From a virus: 41,110 nt of DNA. Made by a program: the position numbers and the translations under genes. Below are positions 33,362 to 41,110 of this stretch, one piece after another; the stretch's first letter is position 1; each line of letters starts with the position of its first letter. The stretch is taken from positions 1 to 41,110 of IMG/VR virus record IMGVR_UViG_3300009702_000007. One strand, written 5' to 3'. The notes below the pieces were generated by a model. It saw only the letters and a list, made by a program, of their open reading frames with translations. It ran no database searches and had not been told where the DNA came from.

Positions 33362-33916
33362 GTGGCCGCACCCAAGAACGCCAAGCCCGAGGCGCCGTCG
33401 GCCGGCGCCGTCATGCTCGCCGAAGTGCGAGCGCAGCGCGACGCGCACCGCGTCTTCAGCTGGCCCGGCACCGATCTGCAGGTGCAACTCGTGCCGCTGT
33501 CGGATGGCGAGATGCTGCTCGCCGAGGCCGCGGCGTTCAAGCACTTCGCCGATATCGGTTTAGTCGTCGACCACTTCACGCTCGATGACCTGAAGGCCGA
33601 AATCGGCCGCCAGATTCTGGCGCTTTCGCTGCGCGTATACGACCCCGACCAGCCCGAGCTGCGCAGTGAACGGCTGTACCGCAGCGCCAGCGAGTTTCGG
33701 CGCACCGTCGAATACTGGGAGCGCGAGGCGCTCAGCCGCGAGTACCTCGCGTTACAGAACGAGATCGATCGGACGTCGCCGGGAGCATTGCCCGACGAGC
33801 TGCTCACCGAGATGGCCGAGCTCATAAAAAAAAAGGACGCGACCGCGTTGTCCAAATTCGACTCCTGCACGCTGGCGCGCTACGCGATTACTACGGCGAC
33901 CCAGCCCGACAGCTGA
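33362..33916 (+). CDS. Tail assembly chaperone (G-like, 0-frame product)
   Basis: Located directly upstream of the tape-measure gene. Contains an A9 run with A_AAA_AAG in frame. Confidence 0.7.
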   Translation: MAAPKNAKPEAPSAGAVMLAEVRAQRDAHRVFSWPGTDLQVQLVPLSDGEMLLAEAAAFKHFADIGLVVDHFTLDDLKAEIGRQILALSLRVYDPDQPELRSERLYRSASEFRRTVEYWEREALSREYLALQNEIDRTSPGALPDELLTEMAELIKKKDATALSKFDSCTLARYAITTATQPDS

Positions 33917-34023
33917 GCGACTGGCAAGTCTGGGAGTGGTGGATCCTGTGGTGCGAGACGCAAGAGGCGGTCGAGCGCGCTCGCAAAGCAGCCGAGCGTA
34001 GCCACAGCAGAGGGCGACGCTGA
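33362..34023 (+). CDS. Frameshift-extended chaperone isoform (GT-like)
   Basis: After the slip the -1 frame stays open to the TGA at 34021-34023. It covers the otherwise non-coding 112-nt gap (…SDWQVWEWWILWCETQEAVERARKAAERS…) and ends 5 nt before the tape-measure GTG. Confidence 0.55.
33829..33835 (+). other. Slippery heptamer A_AAA_AAG for a programmed -1 frameshift
   Basis: Lies in the 0 frame as I-K-K-K inside the only A9 run (33826-33834) I noticed while reading this window. Confidence 0.6.
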
Positions 34024-34028
34024 ACGGC

Positions 34029-35755
<1,727 letters not shown>

Positions 35756-35759
<4 letters not shown>

Positions 35760-36676
35760 GCCAGGGTTTCCGCTATCCAGCCAGCTGGGCCGGCATCGCG
35801 ATCGACGTGACCGGTGCATCCGTGCGTCACGGCCGCACGGTGCCGCAGCATCTACGCCCCCGACGCGACGGTGCCAGCCTCGAGGACACGGGCCGGGATC
35901 CATGGGTTTGTCAGGTCGAGTTTCTCTTTCTCGACCGTGACGCGCACCCGGGAGAGCCGTCGCCACTGCCCGATTACGAGCAGCGGTTTACCGCCTTCGA
36001 CGTGCTCGTCGACAGCGGAGCGACGCGGACGCTCGTGCACCCGTACCAGGGCGCGGTGCGCTGCAAGGTCGAGGGGTTCGAGCACCGCGCAGCGGCCGAG
36101 GATGGCCAGCCGGTCATCCGTTGCTCGGCGACGTTCATCGAAGACGGCGAGGCCGAGATCGTGTTTGCGCCCGACCCGATCAAGTCGGTCTCCGGCCCGC
36201 AATCGCTGCGGGGCCGCGCGACGCAGGTCAAGACGGCCATGTCCGATACCGGCGCGCCCGAGTCGGCGGTGTTGGCCGACGTCGACGTCGACGCGGATCG
36301 CTGGGGCAACGATCCGACGCTGTCGTCACGCCAGGTGTATCTCGAAATGGTGCGCCTTCGCCGGCGGCTCAGCGACGAGATGCTGGCGGCCGATCCATAC
36401 ACGTCGATCGAGCGGTACCCGATCGCGCGCGCGTATCACGAACTGCAGTGGGAGCTGGTCCGCGCGTTCGAGGCCTACAGCTCGTCGAGCTCGCGCGTGA
36501 TCAGCCTCGAGGTCACGGCCGCCCAGCCGCTACGGACCATCGCGGCGAACTTCTACGGCGCCGCGCAGGCCGACGCCCGGCTCGTCGAGCTACTCGATCT
36601 GAACCCTGGTTTGCGCACGCCAGCGCTTGTTCCGGCCGGGACCACCCTGCGCGCGTATGCGCTCGTGGTGCACTGA
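35756..36676 (+). CDS. Mu gpN-like DNA-circulation/baseplate protein with a LysM-like C-terminus
   Basis: ATGA overlap. ASWAGIAIDV...HGRTVPQH...LEDTGRDPWVCQVEFLF...TLVHPYQG fits DNA_circ_N. The C-terminal PLRTIAANFYG...LLDLNPGL...VPAGTTLRAY is LysM-like. Confidence 0.7.
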
Positions 36677-37947
36677 TGCTGTACGATCACGAGGTCGCCA
36701 TCGAGGTCGAGGGTAAGCGGTTTCCGGCGTGGGGGTCCTACCGCATCTCGATCGACATGCTGCAGCCTGCGGACAGCTTCAGCCTGTCGACGCAGTTCAC
36801 CCGCGAGGCGTGGGCCCGGCTGCGCACTGACGCCGAAGTCGGCGTCTACATCGACAAGACGCGGCTCATCACGGGGTACATCGACCAGCGGCGCAAGCGC
36901 TCGGGCCGCCAGGGCCGCACGATCGAAGTGACCGGGCGCGACAAGACCGGACGCCTGGTCGACGAGTCGGCGCCGTCGTTTTCGTTCGGCGGCTTGCACC
37001 TGGTCGGACTAGTCAAAAAGATCATCGGCGCCGACCGGCCCGGGGCCCCGTTTTCGCACGTCACGCTGGTCAACACCGACAACCGCCGCCTGCTGCGCGG
37101 TGGCTCGACCCCGCAGAGCAGAACCTACAAAGAGCCCGTGTCCGGGTCATCGCCGATCTGGGACAAGTTCAAGGGCAACCCGCGCGCACGACAGCACATC
37201 CAACGCGTCTCCGGCGAGCAGGCCAAGGTGACAATCGTGTACGGCAAGCCGGTCGTCACGCAGCCCGGGATCCTCGACGGCCGCAGTCGCGTGCCGCGGC
37301 GTGTGCGGCCCGGACAAAAGCGCTGGGATGCGCTCACCACGATTTTTCGGGAGGCACGTCTGCTCGCCTGGTCGACGGGCGCGGGCGATGCGCTCTTCAT
37401 CGGCGTCCCTGCCTACGAGCAGGAACCACAATACCAGTTCATCGATGCGTTCGACGAGCGGCAGAGTAACTGTGCGATCAACGTGACCGAAGATGTGGGC
37501 GAGATGTACTCGATGTACACGGTCGTCGGCGCCGCCGTCGGCACGCGCACCACAAAGGCCCGCGACCGGCGCATCCGAAAGACCATCTACGCCAACCCAG
37601 ACAACACGATCGACGGCACCGGTGACGCGTTCCTGCGCCGCAAAGAGCTGGTCATCACCGACAACTCGATCCGCAGTCCCGAGCGCGCCGCCGAGCGGGG
37701 CGAGCGCGAACTGTTGCGCCGCGAACTATCCTACCGCGAGCTCGAGGTCATGGCGCCGGGACATGCGCAAATGTACAACAGCAGTCGGGCGACCATCTTT
37801 GCGATCGACACCCTGGCGCACGTCATCGACGAAGCGACGGGCATCGATGACGACTACATCGTGGTGGCGACCAACCTCGAGCACTCGCGCGAGGGCACGC
37901 GCACCACGCTGCGGCTCAAGCCGTGGGGGAGCATCTTTACGCTATGA
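36676..37947 (+). CDS. Baseplate hub protein, Mu gpP/gp44 (late control D-like)
   Basis: TGATG overlap. 423 aa. Position between the N-like and gp45-like genes. The N-terminal 185 aa in the track look spurious. Confidence 0.7.
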   Translation: MLYDHEVAIEVEGKRFPAWGSYRISIDMLQPADSFSLSTQFTREAWARLRTDAEVGVYIDKTRLITGYIDQRRKRSGRQGRTIEVTGRDKTGRLVDESAPSFSFGGLHLVGLVKKIIGADRPGAPFSHVTLVNTDNRRLLRGGSTPQSRTYKEPVSGSSPIWDKFKGNPRARQHIQRVSGEQAKVTIVYGKPVVTQPGILDGRSRVPRRVRPGQKRWDALTTIFREARLLAWSTGAGDALFIGVPAYEQEPQYQFIDAFDERQSNCAINVTEDVGEMYSMYTVVGAAVGTRTTKARDRRIRKTIYANPDNTIDGTGDAFLRRKELVITDNSIRSPERAAERGERELLRRELSYRELEVMAPGHAQMYNSSRATIFAIDTLAHVIDEATGIDDDYIVVATNLEHSREGTRTTLRLKPWGSIFTL

Positions 37948-37950
37948 GAG

Positions 37951-38580
37951 GTGGTGGAGTATCTTGACGCTATGAGAGAGGACGCCGAAACGCTGCGCCG
38001 TGAGGGTGGTGAACTATGGACGATGGTTCTCGATGCGGTGCGCCGCGTGCTGCTCGTGGAGATCGCCGACGGCCAGGCGACCACCGAAGGCTACCAGCAG
38101 GACGACGGCACGTTCGAGGGCGCCGGCGAGCCGGTCGACGAATTCGGACCGATGTACGTGTACGCCAAGCCCGGTGCCAGCGACGGCGCCGAAAGCGTCT
38201 TGCTGTCGGTCGGCGGGTCGGCCGAACACCGCGTCGCGGTCGCGCACCGCAACGAGGCGGCGCGACTACGCTACGTCGCCGAGCACGGAGACATCGCCGA
38301 CGGCGAACAGGCGCTGTTCAACTCCAGCGGTCTTGCTCGCGTGTTCATCACCGCCGACGGCGACGTGTATATCACGGTGGCGTCCGGTCGAAAGTTGTAC
38401 ATCATGACCAAAGGAGGCACGACCAAGGCCTTGGCGACGCTCGAGGACGTACAGCACGTACGCGACGACCTGAACGGCCATAGTCATGCGTACATCCCCG
38501 GGTCAGGAGGAAGCGCGTTCACGACCGGGAACCCGAGCGTGACCGCGCCGGTTGGTACAGCCCACATCGAATCCGAGTAG
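37951..38580 (+). CDS. Baseplate spike/assembly protein, Mu gp45 (V-like)
   Basis: 209 aa. Position supports the call. ...LFNSSGLARVFITADGDVYI... beta-rich core. In-frame alternative ATG at 37972. Confidence 0.6.
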   Translation: MVEYLDAMREDAETLRREGGELWTMVLDAVRRVLLVEIADGQATTEGYQQDDGTFEGAGEPVDEFGPMYVYAKPGASDGAESVLLSVGGSAEHRVAVAHRNEAARLRYVAEHGDIADGEQALFNSSGLARVFITADGDVYITVASGRKLYIMTKGGTTKALATLEDVQHVRDDLNGHSHAYIPGSGGSAFTTGNPSVTAPVGTAHIESE

Positions 38581-38606
38581 CCACAGCGCACGCCTACGCT
38601 CGCTGT

Positions 38607-38984
38607 GTGGCCTGGGATCTACTTTTTGACGACGACGGCGACCTGACCGACGACGGCGCCGGCGGCTACGTGACGACCGAGACGGCTGCGTCGATGGTCC
38701 GCCACCAGGAGCATGACACGCTCGGCGCATGGGCCGGTGACCCGACGGCGGGCCGGCGCAAGGATGGCAGCGGCCTGGCCGGCAAGCTCGCCATGGAGCG
38801 CGAGGCGCAAAGTTATCGCGAGTGCTATGCGGTGCTCGAGCACGCCGGCGTCATCGCCGACGTGCAGGTTACAATCGACAAGGACGGCGACAACCGCTTT
38901 GTTGTCGTGAGCACGATGACAGATCTGCTGCACCTTGACGTCGCCGACGTCGCGGTGCTCGAAGAGTTCGGCGAGGTGGCCTGA
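38607..38984 (+). CDS. Baseplate protein, Mu gp46-like
   Basis: 125 aa acidic protein. WDLLFDDDGDL...GAWAGDP pattern. Position supports the call. Confidence 0.6.
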   Translation: MAWDLLFDDDGDLTDDGAGGYVTTETAASMVRHQEHDTLGAWAGDPTAGRRKDGSGLAGKLAMEREAQSYRECYAVLEHAGVIADVQVTIDKDGDNRFVVVSTMTDLLHLDVADVAVLEEFGEVA

Positions 38985-40351
38985 TGCCGTACGAGATCCC
39001 CAGCGTCGACAACATCACCGACTTTTTCGTCGCGGCGCACAAAGGCAAGGACTCGCGAGCGAACTACAACAAGCACTCCGCGCTGCGGCGCCTTGCGCGC
39101 GCCCGTGCGCTTTCACTGGCCGACGGACACTACCAGCTATACCTCAACGGCGCCGACGCGATGCCCGACACGGCACGCGAGGAGGCCCTCGACCGTTGGC
39201 TCAACCTGTTCGGCATCCCGCGGCGCGGCGCCGTGGGCGCGGCGCGGTCCGCAGCGTGGCGGGTGACTGGGACCTCGGGCGCCACCGTGCCCAGCGACCG
39301 ATCGCTCACGCACGTGGCCAGCGGGCTGACGTTCGAGACCCGTTCGAGCGGGACGATCCCATCCGGCGGTTACCTCGACGTCGACATCGCTGCGACGAGC
39401 ACCGGCGCGCAGACAAATCTTGAGGTCGGCGAAGAGCTGCGCTGGGACTCGGTGCCGACCGACCTCGACGATACCGCAAGCCTGGTCCTCGAGCTCCGCG
39501 ACGGCCGCGACGCCGAGCTCGACGAGGCCGCATCTGCGCGACTGGCGGCGCGGATCGCCGAGGGCAACGCCGGCGGCAACCGCAACGACTGGGAACACTG
39601 GGCGATTGAGTCGGCGCCGTATGTCGAGTCTGCCTACATCTATCGGCACCGCCGCGGACTCGGCACGCTCGACGTCGCAGCGCTCAAGGCCGGCTCGGGA
39701 TCAGCGCGCCTGCTCGGTGCCACTGAGCGCGCCGAGGTGGACGCGTACCTGCTCGGACTGCGGCCGATCCTGAGCGTACACCGAATACTCGAGGTCACGC
39801 AGACCGCGGTCAACGTCGAGGCGGTCGTCAAGCCACTGTCGTCATATGAATGGGACTGGGACGATTCGACCCCGCCGACGTTTTCGGCCTACGATGCCGG
39901 CACGCGAATCGTTACGTTCGGCGCAGACCGCCCGGCCGACATGGCAGCCGGCGACCGTCTCGCGTTTGACCTCGATGGCACCGAGTACACTATCGAGGCG
40001 CTCAGTTCCACTGATGCGGTGATCCTGAGCAGCGATCTACTCGTGGTGCCGGCAGGCGGCACCGAGTGTTACAGCGGTGCCGCATTCACGGCGGCCGCGC
40101 GCGATGCCGTGCTGGCGCTGTTCGATACGCTCGGCCCGGCAAACCCAGACGGCAGTTCATACGGCGACTGGGAGGGCAACCTTCGCGTCAACGCGGTGCG
40201 CGCCGCGATCGACCAGATCGACGGCGTGCTCGACGTGACCATGGTGACCCCGACATTCAACGTACAGGCTACCGACTACCCGTATCCGAGCGACGATTCT
40301 ATCGACCACCTGATCGCCGGCTGGGTAGTCGTTCGCCGGGATTGGAGCTAG
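38984..40351 (+). CDS. Baseplate J-like protein (Mu gp47)
   Basis: TGATG overlap. 455 aa. Size and position typical for Baseplate_J. Confidence 0.7.
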   Translation: MPYEIPSVDNITDFFVAAHKGKDSRANYNKHSALRRLARARALSLADGHYQLYLNGADAMPDTAREEALDRWLNLFGIPRRGAVGAARSAAWRVTGTSGATVPSDRSLTHVASGLTFETRSSGTIPSGGYLDVDIAATSTGAQTNLEVGEELRWDSVPTDLDDTASLVLELRDGRDAELDEAASARLAARIAEGNAGGNRNDWEHWAIESAPYVESAYIYRHRRGLGTLDVAALKAGSGSARLLGATERAEVDAYLLGLRPILSVHRILEVTQTAVNVEAVVKPLSSYEWDWDDSTPPTFSAYDAGTRIVTFGADRPADMAAGDRLAFDLDGTEYTIEALSSTDAVILSSDLLVVPAGGTECYSGAAFTAAARDAVLALFDTLGPANPDGSSYGDWEGNLRVNAVRAAIDQIDGVLDVTMVTPTFNVQATDYPYPSDDSIDHLIAGWVVVRRDWS

Positions 40352-40355
40352 CTCG

Positions 40356-41110
40356 ATGCGGCGCTACGGATTCGATGTGCGCGACGAGACCGTCTGCCTG
40401 TTTCCGTTCGACGAGGTCGCCGATACGGTATGGCCGGTAGACATGCTCGAACACAGCAAGGCCCTGCAGGGAGACGACGGCAACAGCATCTTTTTGCCGG
40501 CGATCGTCGAGGCCGAACGGGGGCGCGCGCGAGCGTTTGGCGACGCGACCATCGGCCAGGCTGCCGAGGAGGTCGCCGGATCGCTTCAGCTGCGACGCAA
40601 CTGCTCGATTCGTGCCGCGTTCAGGTACTCGATTGCCGATGCCAGCAACGGCGAGATCGCGACAGTGGTTCAGCGCGGCGCCGGCACGGGCAGTGATACT
40701 CAGCGCCGCCTGTACGGCCTCGAGGTCAAGCGTGTGAGCGCGACGAGCATAACGCTGCGCATGCGCTGGGACGATTACAACGGCTCGAGCTACGACGACA
40801 CGGTCGTCGAAAGCGACTCGCTCCCCTACACGGGCGACGAGGTTGTCGTCGTTGCCGTGCGCGAGTGGGTGAGTCAGAGCCTTGCCTACGTGTACTTCTA
40901 CGTCGGCGGCGAGCTGGCGAGCGGCCCACACACCGAGACCGCGGCGTTTATCCGCGAGGGTTCGGGTGGTCCGCTGCTTGTCGGCTCTATGGGAATCCTC
41001 GAGTCGCGATACTGGCCGGACAACAGCTATATCGCCGAGATTGCCATCGACGGCGACGCCATCAGCGCCGAGGAGGTGCGCCAGGAATATCGGCGCATGC
41101 TGGTGCACCA
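40356..41110 (+). CDS. N-terminal part of the junction-spanning distal tail adhesin: LamG (Laminin_G_3-type) lectin-fold domain
   Basis: ATG at 40356 with no stop before the window end. Missing from the track because it lacks a stop. FPFDE...RAFGDA...LRRNCSIRAAFRY...VVVVAVREW...YVYFYVGGELAS...YIAEIAIDGDAISAEEVRQEY is a textbook LamG_3 pattern. Continues at position 2 (652 aa in total on the circle). Confidence 0.8.
   Translation, partial: MRRYGFDVRDETVCLFPFDEVADTVWPVDMLEHSKALQGDDGNSIFLPAIVEAERGRARAFGDATIGQAAEEVAGSLQLRRNCSIRAAFRYSIADASNGEIATVVQRGAGTGSDTQRRLYGLEVKRVSATSITLRMRWDDYNGSSYDDTVVESDSLPYTGDEVVVVAVREWVSQSLAYVYFYVGGELASGPHTETAAFIREGSGGPLLVGSMGILESRYWPDNSYIAEIAIDGDAISAEEVRQEYRRMLVH
40988..41110 (+). 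repeat. Right copy of the exact 123-bp terminal direct repeat
   Basis: Identical to 1-123. Confidence 0.95.

Overview
This window is one complete, visibly GC-rich temperate tailed-phage genome. The first 123 nt recur exactly at the end (1-123 = 40988-41110), so the contig closes into a 40,987-bp circle. One tail gene (40356 -> 1327) spans the junction. Layout:
1. Plus strand, 40356 -> 5505: lectin-fold (LamG-type) distal tail proteins and a Gram-negative lysis cassette. The cassette holds two TM/coiled-coil proteins, an overlapped i-/o-spanin pair, a holin-like membrane protein and a PG-binding + M23-peptidase endolysin.
2. 5506-5814: attP, carrying the 3' 50 nt of a tRNA-Phe(GAA) plus arm-type repeats.
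3. Minus strand, 5815-13586: tyrosine integrase, Xis-like HTH, a ParB-like protein with a Lys/Ala-rich tail, conserved early proteins, a YqaJ/lambda-Exo-type exonuclease interrupted by an in-frame TAG, and an RHH protein.
4. 13584-14356: immunity switch. An XRE-type repressor (minus) and a Cro-like XRE protein (plus) are bracketed by two mirror-image 65-bp promoter/operator modules that end in GTG start codons.
5. Plus strand, 14354-21473: a regulator, an antisense lipoprotein moron, an O-like initiator with internal iterons, DnaB, a chain of tiny coupled genes and RusA.
6. 21474-21852: a low-GC spacer with a near-consensus sigma70 promoter.
7. Plus strand, 21853-40351: the late operon. It encodes TerL, a Mu-type portal, protease/scaffold, a decoration protein, a Mu gpT-type capsid, connectors, sheath, tube, a chaperone with a -1 frameshift site, tape measure and a Mu N/P/gp45/46/47-type baseplate.
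I saw no transposase, reverse transcriptase, CRISPR array, rRNA or complete tRNA. Most long antisense or off-frame ORFs in the track are GC-rich shadow ORFs. The track translates GTG/TTG starts as M. Where I moved a start, the reason is stop/start overlaps (ATGA, GTGA, TGATG) or SD-like motifs. All functional calls are motif-level recognition by eye. No database search was run.
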